DNA from: a virus
Lineage: Duplodnaviria > Caudoviricetes
DNA length: 32,244 nt
IMG/VR virus record: IMGVR_UViG_3300046103_001452
Location: 1-32,244 of that record
Strand: one strand, 5' to 3'
This document shows positions 10,155-19,055 of the stretch, one piece after another. The translations under genes were made by a program, and so were the position numbers. Each line of letters opens with the position of its first letter. Position 1 is the first letter of the stretch. The notes under the pieces were generated by a model. It saw only the letters and a list, made by a program, of their open reading frames with translations. It did no database searches and was not told the origin of the DNA.

Positions 10155-10195
10155 ATTATACCTTAAAATGTCACTAATGTCAAGAACTATTTTTT
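10155..10195 (-). promoter_or_regulatory. sigma70-type phage promoter
   Basis: AAAAAAATAGTTC-TTGACA (10183-10178), 17 nt, TATAAT (10160-10155). Confidence 0.9.
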
Positions 10196-11478
10196 TATAG
10201 TTGGTTTATTTTATACCCCTCTTTGATATAGTACCCCATCCTATTGGAAGCTTGCCGGCGTGCAGTATTCCCCTTTAAGTGTATATCTATAACCACAGGT
10301 GGCTTTTTGTTTTCCTTCTTGCGTATGATACGCCCTATTAGCTGAGTGAGCAGAGGCTCATTATTAACAGGAGTCGCTAGTATCAAACAGCTCAGGTTAT
10401 CCACTGAGATACCTTCTGAGAATATAGCTTGAGTTCCGTACAGTACGTCCTTCCGCCCACTACGCATCTCGTCTATGAGGGTCTCCCTATCTTCGTGCGC
10501 TACATCTCCCGTGACACATATTGCTCTGTCTCCTGTCAGCTCTGCACAGGCTTTCAGAAAATGTACACGATCAGATACTACCAGAACCTTATGCCCCTTT
10601 GCAGCGTAGGCTGCCGCTATGAGAGATACACTATGTCTATACTCCTCCTGGTTACATAGCTGAGTTACTTTGTTAGCCCATGGAGTCCGCTGCCCGTCCA
10701 TGAACCGTATATCCGAAGGGTATATAGTTATAGAGGGAACCATATAGTTCTCCTTGGGAGGCTTAAACACCTTACTTCCAAAGTAATCTCTGAACACAAC
10801 ATGCTTACCGTCCTTTCTCTCAATAGTTCCCGACAGCCCTATCTTATACCTAGCATAGTTTGTGTCTATCACTTTAGAAAACGTCGGAGAGGAGACATGA
10901 TGCATCTCATCTAGTATGATGGTGCCAAACTGCTTATTTATCTTGAGAATATTCCGGTACAAACTTTGGGTATTCCCAATTACAATTGGAGCATCAATTT
11001 CAAACTTACCACTACCTATGATACCAGGAGTAATTCCATATACTTTTTCTACTTCCTTTGCCCACTGGTTTCTTAGAGGTACTGTGTGAACTATGATAAG
11101 TGTTTTCTGTCCCAGCTTGCCAGCAATAGCAAGACCTGTAAAAGTCTTTCCCCAACTGACCCAAGCGTTAATTATAGAGTTGTCTTCGATCTCATCATAA
11201 ACCTCTTGCTGGCTTGGTCGTAGTGGTAACTTAAACTCAGGAAAGTCTACTGGTATATTGATACGCTTATCGACTACTTCGTAGTCAGACGGTATCAAAT
11301 CCGTTCTTCCTATTGGTATACTAACCAGCGTATCACGTACCCTTGCCATATTCTTTATGACAAAGGGAGGGTCTTTCGGATTGAACGAAGGAATAGTATA
11401 GGTAAGTTCTTTGCTTAAAAACTCCTTGTATTCCTGCGTTACCTCAAGGTAAATGCGATTGCTGATTAGTGCTTTTAT
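10195..11478 (-). CDS. SF2 (UvsW-like) helicase, T5 D10-like; probable ATA start at 11478 (track start 11349)
   Basis: LRPSQQE, WGKT, LDEMHH, LSGT, QLIGRIIR. Upstream in-frame KALISNRIYL resembles the recalled T5 D10 N-terminus. Confidence 0.9.
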   Translation of the reverse strand: MKALISNRIYLEVTQEYKEFLSKELTYTIPSFNPKDPPFVIKNMARVRDTLVSIPIGRTDLIPSDYEVVDKRINIPVDFPEFKLPLRPSQQEVYDEIEDNSIINAWVSWGKTFTGLAIAGKLGQKTLIIVHTVPLRNQWAKEVEKVYGITPGIIGSGKFEIDAPIVIGNTQSLYRNILKINKQFGTIILDEMHHVSSPTFSKVIDTNYARYKIGLSGTIERKDGKHVVFRDYFGSKVFKPPKENYMVPSITIYPSDIRFMDGQRTPWANKVTQLCNQEEYRHSVSLIAAAYAAKGHKVLVVSDRVHFLKACAELTGDRAICVTGDVAHEDRETLIDEMRSGRKDVLYGTQAIFSEGISVDNLSCLILATPVNNEPLLTQLIGRIIRKKENKKPPVVIDIHLKGNTARRQASNRMGYYIKEGYKINQL

Positions 11479-12134
11479 AGTCCTATATCCTTCTTAGCGA
11501 TTAAGTATTCTTTTACAAAGTCACTTCTGACAATGTCCCCTACTTCAAAATTAACCATATCAAAGGCTCCCATAGTTTCTAATATCTTTAGAAAGTCTTT
11601 TAGCCCATTATTCTTTAGGTCAGACTGTTCAAAGTCCCCACAGAATATAACTCTACAGTACTGCCCCACTCGGGTGATAATTGAGTCTAGCTCATGAAAG
11701 GTCATGTTCTGGCACTCATCTATCAGTATAACAGAATCTTTCAAAGTTATACCTCGTATGTACGATGTAGTCATAAAGTGTACTAAACCTTTAGTCTTGA
11801 GTATTTGATATGCGTCTCCACGATTAAATAACTCATTTGCAACTTCTTTATACGGTTCTTCATAAACTGAGGCTTTCTCCTTTTCGTTACCAGGTAGAAA
11901 CCCTATGTCTCTTGTTGGTACTGCACTTCGGATTAAGACTAAGTTAGAATACTGTCCTTTAATCATATCATCAAATGCTAAGTAGCAGGAGATAAAGGTT
12001 TTACCCGTACCTGCTACTCCGTGCAGCACTAGATTCTTTTCAGACTCGAATGCAATTAGTTGATTCTTTGTTAAAGGCTCTATCTCTTCTAGCTGAAGAC
12101 CTGAGCCGTTTAAAGTTTTACGCTTGTTACCCAT
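11475..12134 (-). CDS. phoH: PhoH-family ATPase
   Basis: GVAGTGKT, RDIGFLPG, YIRGITL, IDECQN, GDFEQSDL, DIVRS. Confidence 0.95.
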   Translation of the reverse strand: MGNKRKTLNGSGLQLEEIEPLTKNQLIAFESEKNLVLHGVAGTGKTFISCYLAFDDMIKGQYSNLVLIRSAVPTRDIGFLPGNEKEKASVYEEPYKEVANELFNRGDAYQILKTKGLVHFMTTSYIRGITLKDSVILIDECQNMTFHELDSIITRVGQYCRVIFCGDFEQSDLKNNGLKDFLKILETMGAFDMVNFEVGDIVRSDFVKEYLIAKKDIGL

Positions 12135-12141
12135 ATAATTC

Positions 12142-12636
12142 CTATACCTTTCTTCGAGTGTCCTTTAGTTTCCCTTCGGCGTACTCGTACAACATCCAAG
12201 GTGCATCTCCTTGATGTAGTATTCCCGCCCAGGACCTCCCCTCATAAGGAGGCCGTGGAATTGTGAAGGGAATAGTAACTTTATGCACCCACAGTAAAGA
12301 AGCTACCTCTCTATGTTCAACCCTACGAATCTTGTAGTATTTTAACTTACAGAACTGGGTTTTCTCATATATGAAAGGTACGCCTCTTGAATCTATAAAA
12401 GTTTTGTTAGTTTGTTTTATAACCCCTACATGGTTAATAAGAGCTCGACTAAGACGCATTATATCCCTGAAAGGAGTTTGTAGTCTTCGTAAGCCTAGAG
12501 TTTCTCCTGGCTGGTTAGTATCATCTACTAATAGATCATCTACAAAAAGTAGTCCATCAGAATAAGTCCAGTTGCTTGACGGGATCTGGTATACCGGGAA
12601 GGTTACGTGTTGAACGTCCCTGTATGTAATGATCAA
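12142..12636 (-). CDS. conserved T5-like hypothetical protein (between polymerase and D10)
   Basis: 164-aa ORF, TTG start; FPVY...G.TLG.RRL...TRRKV pattern and synteny. Confidence 0.75.
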   Translation of the reverse strand: MIITYRDVQHVTFPVYQIPSSNWTYSDGLLFVDDLLVDDTNQPGETLGLRRLQTPFRDIMRLSRALINHVGVIKQTNKTFIDSRGVPFIYEKTQFCKLKYYKIRRVEHREVASLLWVHKVTIPFTIPRPPYEGRSWAGILHQGDAPWMLYEYAEGKLKDTRRKV

Positions 12637-12781
12637 TTAAAACTCCATTATTATAAATTTTTATATCGGTAGAACCACCGTTTTCTAGTGCTTGAGCCAT
12701 TCCGTATACGCTGCTATTTAAACTATATGAGTAAGACAGGTCTTTTCCTGCCTTACTTGTCCACTTGATATTATAAGTCAT
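12557..12781 (-). CDS. hypothetical protein
   Basis: 74-aa ORF with GGGGG SD-like sequence; overlaps the next gene. Confidence 0.55.
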   Translation of the reverse strand: MTYNIKWTSKAGKDLSYSYSLNSSVYGMAQALENGGSTDIKIYNNGVLIDHYIQGRSTRNLPGIPDPVKQLDLF

Positions 12782-12789
12782 TGAACCCC

Positions 12790-12888
12790 CTAATTGGTCA
12801 TTAGTACTGCGGTTTCAGTTAAAAGATATATAAAAGACAGCCCCATAAGGCACTTCACGAGCTGTGCAAGCCAGCCATGAAGGTTCAT
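12790..12888 (-). CDS. small hydrophobic peptide, 32 aa (MNLHGWLAQLVKCLMGLSFIYLLTETAVLMTN)
   Basis: Starts 1 nt after the iscU stop and fills the gap. Confidence 0.5.
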   Translation of the reverse strand: MNLHGWLAQLVKCLMGLSFIYLLTETAVLMTN

Positions 12889-12889
12889 C

Positions 12890-13261
12890 CTAGTGCTTAC
12901 CTCTGTAGTCTTTGATTGCAGCTTTAATTGCGTCTTCGGCAAGTACGCTACAATGAATCTTTACAGGAGGGAGGGCTAACTCTTCTACTATCTCTACATT
13001 TTTTATACTATTAGCAGACTCTAAAGTTCGCCCTTTTACCCACTCTGTTAGAAGAGAAGAAGATGCAATAGCACTACCACACCCATAGGTTTTGAACACA
13101 GCATCTGTAATGATACCGTCCTCTACTTCTATCTGTAATCTCATAACGTCACCACAGGCTGGTGCTCCCACCATGCCTGTGCCAACCTTATCAGTAATCT
13201 CCATCTTACCCACATTACGTGGGTTTTGATAATGGTCGAGTACTTGTTTACTATAGCTCAT
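12890..13261 (-). CDS. iscU: Fe-S cluster scaffold protein IscU
   Basis: MSYSKQVLDHYQNPRNVG, APACGDVMRL, YGCGSAIAS, LPPVKIHCS (three Cys plus HscA-binding LPPVK). Start reassigned to ATG 13261. Confidence 0.97.
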   Translation of the reverse strand: MSYSKQVLDHYQNPRNVGKMEITDKVGTGMVGAPACGDVMRLQIEVEDGIITDAVFKTYGCGSAIASSSLLTEWVKGRTLESANSIKNVEIVEELALPPVKIHCSVLAEDAIKAAIKDYRGKH

Positions 13262-13841
13262 CGTGACTACCGCTTTTCTTATGTTTATTCCAAGCAAGAA
13301 AGCCGCAGATACGAAGTGCATAATAGGCTAAGTAGTTTAATAATCTAAAGCCATTCACTTCTATACATATATCTCTAAACAACTGATCCATGTACTTCTG
13401 GTCTTGCCACTCATGCTCAAGTACAGAACTATTACGCTTCTTTAACCTAGAATACTTATATCCGTAGTCATGTACAAGACCGCCCATCAATAGAACTCCT
13501 ACAGGGGACAGCCAGATTGCAAGAAACTTAGGGACAGAAGCTCCATCAAAAACAAAGCCTTTAGGTACTATAAACGCATCATCATTAAGCGTATAGTTAA
13601 AGTCTTCTGCTAGTTCCCACTTTCTTGTTCCAGTTAACCACATCCAAATAGCACCCCAAAAGCCTTTCTCGCCTGTTTTAATAGGCAAGGGTCGCATACT
13701 GGGCATATCCTCGTATGTGAAGTTAACTCTGTTTTCTCTTGGTCTTTTGTCAAATACATTGATTAAGAAGCCTGTTAGTACCAGTATGATTAGTATACTC
13801 CATTGCCAGAACGTGCTAGCAAATGCCCAAAGTTCCTCCAT
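13251..13841 (-). CDS. DUF1353-like protein with N-terminal TM helix
   Basis: IVPKGFVFDGASVP...GLVHDYGY...DQLF; start reassigned to MEELW (13841). Confidence 0.8.
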   Translation of the reverse strand: MEELWAFASTFWQWSILIILVLTGFLINVFDKRPRENRVNFTYEDMPSMRPLPIKTGEKGFWGAIWMWLTGTRKWELAEDFNYTLNDDAFIVPKGFVFDGASVPKFLAIWLSPVGVLLMGGLVHDYGYKYSRLKKRNSSVLEHEWQDQKYMDQLFRDICIEVNGFRLLNYLAYYALRICGFLAWNKHKKSGSHDEL

Positions 13842-16098
13842 ATTGTTTCTCGAATTTACCCATAGAGTAGTCATCTCCAACATCGAAGTCACAACCTACA
13901 GGTGCTCCAGGAATTGATATTCCTCTGTCCATTTGTACATATTGCTCTAATTGCTCACAATATCCATCTACCTCTGAGATTGGTACTTCCGCCAATATCG
14001 AGTCGTGCACTAAAGCAAAGATTCTTGCTTTAGACTTAGTGGCTTTTAGGTATGCTTGCATATCTATAGCCCCAAGAAGGTTAATGTCACTAGCAGTAGA
14101 CTGCACCAGAAAGTTAAGACCAGAACGAATGCTATGACTTTTGATGCCCGCGTCTGACGACTTGACATTTGGTAGTCTCCTCTTTCGGCCAAAGAAACTA
14201 TATACAAAGCCATTCTGCTCTATAAATTTATGATTATTCTGTATCCAGTTCTTTAGTTGAAAGAAAGACTGAAAGTAATCATCAATAACTTCTTTTGCTT
14301 CTTGCTGACTAAAATAAGAGCCAGAGTCTTTTGTGACTTGCTCACTGATCTTCTTAGGGCCAGCGCCGTACATAATACCAAAAGTAACAGCTTTAGCAGC
14401 CTGTCGTTCCTTTGAAAATAAACTTGCAACGTCTTCTACTTCACAGTTTAGTTTGAATACTGTCTTTGCAATTGAACTATGAAAGTTACCGCCTGAGCGA
14501 AATACTTCTATAAGGGCCTTGTCCTCTGCCAGAACTGCAGCTACATATACTTCTGCAGTTGTTAAGTCCATTGCTACTATCTTATGGCCTTCCGCAGCTC
14601 TGATACAACCTTTTACAATAGGGTTATCCCTAGGTAGTTGTTGCATATTAAGTTTACCACTAGAGCTAAGACGGCCACTAGTAGTACTGTGGAGATTGAA
14701 GCCTGTGCGTAACCGACTATCTCTATCCAACTGCGGTATGATTTTGTCCAAGTAAGTATTCTTAATTTTGGATCGTTGACGTATGTTAAGGATAAGTCCA
14801 GGAACTTCAGATTGGGATGCAAGTTCGCCGAGTACTTCTGCATCCGTTGAGTTAGCTCCTGTTCCTGTTTTCTTACCAGTAGGACGTAGACCGAGAAAAT
14901 CAAAAAGGAGGCTACGAAGCTGGACAGTGCTGTTAGGATTAAAATCTTTTCCATTTATCTTCTCGAATTTGTTAATTGCAGGGTCACTGTATAGTGTACT
15001 AATAGCTTCATCAATCTGCGTTTGCATAAGGTCTTGAGATACCTGAAGCCTATTCCTATCGAAAGGCACACCATTATCTTGTACACTTATAAGAAACCTA
15101 GTACCTGGAATAAGTAAGTTGTCATATACTTTTTTGAGCTTGGGGTTCTGCTTAATTTTTACGAACTTCTCAAAGAGAATGAACGTACATAAAGCATCCA
15201 TAGCCGCATATGTTTTCATCACGTCAAAAGGAATAGACGCCCACTGGAAGTCAGCCTTTAGTACGCCGTGCTCTTTTCTATAGTTATCCATCCACTCGTA
15301 CATTGGCTTCTCGTAATCGCCATAGACTGTATACTTGATAGACAGAGGCTTAAGGCCGTGCCCTCCAGGGTTCTCGTCTATGAGGTAATGGAGCAACATT
15401 GTGTCTTCTATAGACGGAAAGTTAAAGTTAAAATGGTACTCAAAGAACGCTACGTCGAACTTTGCATTGTGGAATATTACTGTCTTTTTAGTAAATAGTT
15501 CTTGCAGTAACGCTTCAGTAGTCTCATCAAAGCACTCGGTATTAATATAAGCACCTTGGACACCATCAAAACATAATGATATACCGAGTATATGGCCGTC
15601 CCTAGGATATAACCCAGTCGTCTCCGAATCGAGCGCCACATAAGTAGTTTCATGGTCAATAGCCGCTTGTATAAAGCTGTTACACTGGGTAGTATCTTCG
15701 ATTCCGATAGCAACTGTTTCATCTACTATTACCTCCTCAACTAAGCCTTTAATATGGTTAATGATACTTTCTTTAGAAGTTTCCCACGTCTTACGAGCCT
15801 CAGGTTTGAATGTGAGCATCGCAGGGTTAATTACAGGTAAAAATTTCTTTTCTACTTTCTTGCCGGAGTACTCCGTTACTGAATTAATTTTGGTAAAGTA
15901 CTTAAGCGCGTCACTACCTACTAGTATAACCCAGTCGTAGTGGTCTGTGTTTATATCAATATCACAGTCTCGCTTCAATACTTTCTTGATAGTTGGATCA
16001 GAGCATAGCTGATATTGATCAAAGTCGAACTCGTCATCGAATTCTCGTCTGTAATCAGTTCTACCCTTTTTAGTTTCTACTAAGGCAACTCTAGCCAT
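13816..16098 (-). CDS. polA: family A DNA polymerase with 3'-5' exonuclease (T5-like)
   Basis: Exo DSET and HNAKFD; TSGRLSS; motif A DLTTAEV; motif B RQAAKAVTFGIMYG (Phe at E. coli 762); motif C VHDS. Confidence 0.97.
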   Translation of the reverse strand: MARVALVETKKGRTDYRREFDDEFDFDQYQLCSDPTIKKVLKRDCDIDINTDHYDWVILVGSDALKYFTKINSVTEYSGKKVEKKFLPVINPAMLTFKPEARKTWETSKESIINHIKGLVEEVIVDETVAIGIEDTTQCNSFIQAAIDHETTYVALDSETTGLYPRDGHILGISLCFDGVQGAYINTECFDETTEALLQELFTKKTVIFHNAKFDVAFFEYHFNFNFPSIEDTMLLHYLIDENPGGHGLKPLSIKYTVYGDYEKPMYEWMDNYRKEHGVLKADFQWASIPFDVMKTYAAMDALCTFILFEKFVKIKQNPKLKKVYDNLLIPGTRFLISVQDNGVPFDRNRLQVSQDLMQTQIDEAISTLYSDPAINKFEKINGKDFNPNSTVQLRSLLFDFLGLRPTGKKTGTGANSTDAEVLGELASQSEVPGLILNIRQRSKIKNTYLDKIIPQLDRDSRLRTGFNLHSTTSGRLSSSGKLNMQQLPRDNPIVKGCIRAAEGHKIVAMDLTTAEVYVAAVLAEDKALIEVFRSGGNFHSSIAKTVFKLNCEVEDVASLFSKERQAAKAVTFGIMYGAGPKKISEQVTKDSGSYFSQQEAKEVIDDYFQSFFQLKNWIQNNHKFIEQNGFVYSFFGRKRRLPNVKSSDAGIKSHSIRSGLNFLVQSTASDINLLGAIDMQAYLKATKSKARIFALVHDSILAEVPISEVDGYCEQLEQYVQMDRGISIPGAPVGCDFDVGDDYSMGKFEKQYGGTLGIC

Positions 16099-16918
16099 AT
16101 AACTTCTTCCTTAATTTATCTACTGAAGTTTGAGTAAGTGCACCAGGATCAGTATCCTTGAAATGGATATTCCTAGCTACGAGACCAGCTTTCTCACACT
16201 CACTCTTTAGTTTCTCTGCCGCTGTCTGACCTGCGTCATCCCCGTCAAAGAATATTTCTACATACTCTGCGCCTTGTACACGCAGCATTGAGAGCTTACT
16301 CTCATTATAATTGTTCGTTCCAAAACAACATACAGCATTAGTCAAACCTTTATCGTGCAAGTTTATCATATCGTAGATACCTTCTACAAGTATAACAGAG
16401 CTTTGTATAAACTCTACTATAGGAAAGAAAGGTAGTCTAGCCCCAGGGGGAGTAAACTTATACTTAGGTATACCATTACCGGTATGCCTACCTTGAAACG
16501 CAACTATATTACCTGATATATCCCGTATGGGAAATACTATTCTACCTACATAATCTGCCGCAGCGTGCTGGAAAGCTTCAAACTTTCTATAAGTTTCTGG
16601 ACGTATACCCCTCCAGTTTCCTACATACGGCAAAGTATTTTGGGGAAAGGACAAACCAACACTTTCGGAGCGCTTTTGTGTAAGCTTCTTCTTAAAAAGG
16701 TCTCTCTGTTGTTGTAGCTGATTTGCCCTTTCCCCAAAATGATTAAATAAGTTACCCTTAAATCCACACGAAAAGCACTGAAAGATGCCAGTAATCTGGT
16801 CAATCCTCATACTAGGATTTCTATCCTCATGCTCAGGGCTTAGACACTTTACTAGAAAGTCTGCACCCTTCTGCATAAAGTATACGTCATGCTCTTTTAA
16901 GATTCTTTCTATGTCCAA
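16091..16918 (-). CDS. dnaG: DNA primase
   Basis: Zn finger CLSPEH...CFSC; TOPRIM LVEGIYD, FDGDDAG, DPG. Confidence 0.95.
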   Translation of the reverse strand: MDIERILKEHDVYFMQKGADFLVKCLSPEHEDRNPSMRIDQITGIFQCFSCGFKGNLFNHFGERANQLQQQRDLFKKKLTQKRSESVGLSFPQNTLPYVGNWRGIRPETYRKFEAFQHAAADYVGRIVFPIRDISGNIVAFQGRHTGNGIPKYKFTPPGARLPFFPIVEFIQSSVILVEGIYDMINLHDKGLTNAVCCFGTNNYNESKLSMLRVQGAEYVEIFFDGDDAGQTAAEKLKSECEKAGLVARNIHFKDTDPGALTQTSVDKLRKKLYG

Positions 16919-16920
16919 TA

Positions 16921-17061
16921 CTATCTCTCATGGGGTTTATAATCTGATTCTTCTTCTTGACCATCGAAGTTAAGATCAAGCATCTCTCTTACTTTCCTTC
17001 TGTAGTCGGCTCCTTGTAGCTTATCCAACCACTCAAGAATTTCTTTGGTATCATCCTCCAT
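16921..17061 (-). CDS. small acidic protein, 46 aa (MEDDTKEILEWLDKLQGADYRRKVREMLDLNFDGQEEESDYKPHER)
   Basis: Fills the gap directly upstream of the primase. Confidence 0.6.
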   Translation of the reverse strand: MEDDTKEILEWLDKLQGADYRRKVREMLDLNFDGQEEESDYKPHER

Positions 17062-17065
17062 TGCG

Positions 17066-17284
17066 TCAATCCCAGAACTTGGTGTCCTCTTCTACCATTT
17101 TAGGTAGACAATAAGCAGTTATTATATTTTGGGTGTACAAATAAGGATATTTATCATCCTTGAAGCTACCCGTCTGTACTTTATATGCAAAGTAGTTGCA
17201 TCTATTTATATCGTTGAAGTACATATCCTCGGTTACAGCAGGGGTTCCTTCTATCAAGACGACTAACAGAAACCCTAGTATCAT
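17066..17284 (-). CDS. hypothetical protein with hydrophobic N-terminus and two Cys
   Basis: 72-aa ORF abutting its neighbours. Confidence 0.65.
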   Translation of the reverse strand: MILGFLLVVLIEGTPAVTEDMYFNDINRCNYFAYKVQTGSFKDDKYPYLYTQNIITAYCLPKMVEEDTKFWD

Positions 17285-17569
17285 CTATCTACCTATATCT
17301 TCTACACTCTCTGCACTGATTACTTGATATGCGCCTTTATTGTACGCGGGTGCGATGGTGTAGCCTGCCGATACTTCCTGCTTGTAGGTTTCATCCTTTG
17401 CTGGACGATACGGAGTCATGGGAGCAGACGGATAATTAGGAGTTTCTCTAATAATCGGCTCGTCTCTGTCTAACTGAAAGAATTGAACTTTTGCTTTCTT
17501 ACTACGGATAATACGCTTTTTTCTACGACCACTATAGGTATGATTCATACTTCCCTCAATTATTGGCAT
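17285..17569 (-). CDS. hypothetical phage protein
   Basis: 94-aa ORF, GGAG SD, downstream of a promoter; YTIAPAYNKGAYQVIS. Confidence 0.75.
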   Translation of the reverse strand: MPIIEGSMNHTYSGRRKKRIIRSKKAKVQFFQLDRDEPIIRETPNYPSAPMTPYRPAKDETYKQEVSAGYTIAPAYNKGAYQVISAESVEDIGR

Positions 17570-17595
17570 GACAGCTCCGTTGAATTTGAAAGTAT

Positions 17596-17634
17596 ATTAT
17601 ACTAGATTTTAAGGTGACTGTCAAGAACTATTTT
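17596..17634 (-). promoter_or_regulatory. sigma70-type phage promoter
   Basis: AAAATAGTTC-TTGACA (17624-17619), 17 nt, TATAAT (17601-17596). Confidence 0.9.
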
Positions 17635-18985
17635 AGAGATCGTCTATGTCTTCTCCAGTTTTTTGGTCGTTATCCTCTTTCTCTGTTGGAGTCAAAGCTG
17701 ACTCAGGGCCAATCTTCAGAGTCTCCCAGTCCATTGTAGAAGTAAAAGAACGCATAGCGGCTGCTCTCATCTTTACGCAAGTAAACGTCATACAACCATC
17801 TTCTTGGCTCCAAGGTTCCATAGAGTACGCTGCATCAGCAGCATCAAGAATACCTTTTGCGAATCGAGCTTCACCGCTAGCGTCTGTCTGATAGGGCGAG
17901 AATATTGGGGTTTCAAATTCCTGCGCCATACTCTTCAAAGCCTTGCTAACTTCTATTTGCTCTGTCCAGTCATACTGCCCTCCACGAGAAGGCATACTAG
18001 ACCGCTTAACTTGATTAATGTAGTCAACGATTACTACGCCAACGTCCATCTTACTTTTAACTTTCTTATCAAGCTCGGCTCTTATCTTAGAGACAGTAAG
18101 AGAGGGGTCATAAACCACGTCCAACTGCTGAGTGGGGTGTAACTCGCAAGTAGACTTTAGTTTATCGTGGAACTGCTCAAAGTTTCGGTGTTCCTGATAC
18201 TCTGCCAGTCGCTCTTGACTGTCTTGATATCGGCCAGCCCACCAACTAGCAACCTTCTCCCATTCCGTTACGTTAAGATTCTTAGCGCGTAGGCGTGAGA
18301 AAGGTATTTCAGTTGCAATAGAACAACACCTCTGAAGGATTGCTCGACTGTCCATCTCAATAGTGAAATAGATTGCAGACTTACCAGATTCATAGACATT
18401 ATTAGCAATGTTTGAACAAGTAATAGATTTCCCTGCCCCTCGGCGACCGCCTACAAGAATCAAGTCTCGGGGGGAGAACGAGATTTCGTAGTCATTATCG
18501 GTATTTAAGCCGAGAGGTAGGTACTTTCCTAACTCCTCATCAGGTTCGAACAAGGGAATACGTTGCATACTCTCTTGCGGTTCTTGAAGCTCTACTTTTT
18601 CTTCGATATCAAGAACGATCTGATGTAGGTGTGCTACTGACTCCTCTGCATCCTCAAAGGATATAGAGTGGTCAACATAGTCCTCAAGGGAATTCAGTAT
18701 CTCTTTCTGAGTGTACTCATTCTTTAGGTACTGAAGAAGCATGTACGCGTCAGCATCTACTTCCACTGCATCAACAGCAAATAGTAGTTCCTTAGTCGCA
18801 CCGTCTCTTAGTTCAAACTTGAGGTCTTCAAACGTAGGGAGTTCATGGAATTTTTCACAGTGCTTGTCTATCTCAGAAAACAATCTGTGATAGGCTGCGG
18901 GCAAGTAGTGCTTACGCACGGATGACCAAGACTCGAAGTCTCGCGCATCCAAAACTTGCTTTATAAAAGCACTAGCTATATTCAA
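17633..18985 (-). CDS. dnaB: DnaB-like replicative helicase (T5 D6-like)
   Basis: GGRRGAGKS, FTIEM, IVDYINQ, SKALKSMA, PYQ, KMR. Confidence 0.93.
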   Translation of the reverse strand: MNIASAFIKQVLDARDFESWSSVRKHYLPAAYHRLFSEIDKHCEKFHELPTFEDLKFELRDGATKELLFAVDAVEVDADAYMLLQYLKNEYTQKEILNSLEDYVDHSISFEDAEESVAHLHQIVLDIEEKVELQEPQESMQRIPLFEPDEELGKYLPLGLNTDNDYEISFSPRDLILVGGRRGAGKSITCSNIANNVYESGKSAIYFTIEMDSRAILQRCCSIATEIPFSRLRAKNLNVTEWEKVASWWAGRYQDSQERLAEYQEHRNFEQFHDKLKSTCELHPTQQLDVVYDPSLTVSKIRAELDKKVKSKMDVGVVIVDYINQVKRSSMPSRGGQYDWTEQIEVSKALKSMAQEFETPIFSPYQTDASGEARFAKGILDAADAAYSMEPWSQEDGCMTFTCVKMRAAAMRSFTSTMDWETLKIGPESALTPTEKEDNDQKTGEDIDDL

Positions 18986-19000
18986 TGAATCCCCCGAATG

Positions 19001-19039
19001 AAAAAAATGTAGTCAGAACAACCCCTTGCCCTGACTACA
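19001..19039 (-). terminator. intrinsic terminator/attenuator after D5
   Basis: TGTAGTCAG/CTGACTACA inverted repeat with a 7-nt U-tract on the minus strand. Confidence 0.75.
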
Positions 19040-19055
19040 CAGACTTAACTACTTA

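Noticed and set aside
2270-18985. Introns, inteins or stop-codon reassignment in nrdAB, polymerase, helicases
   Set aside because: All are continuous and of compact length; TAA, TAG and TGA all end genes normally.
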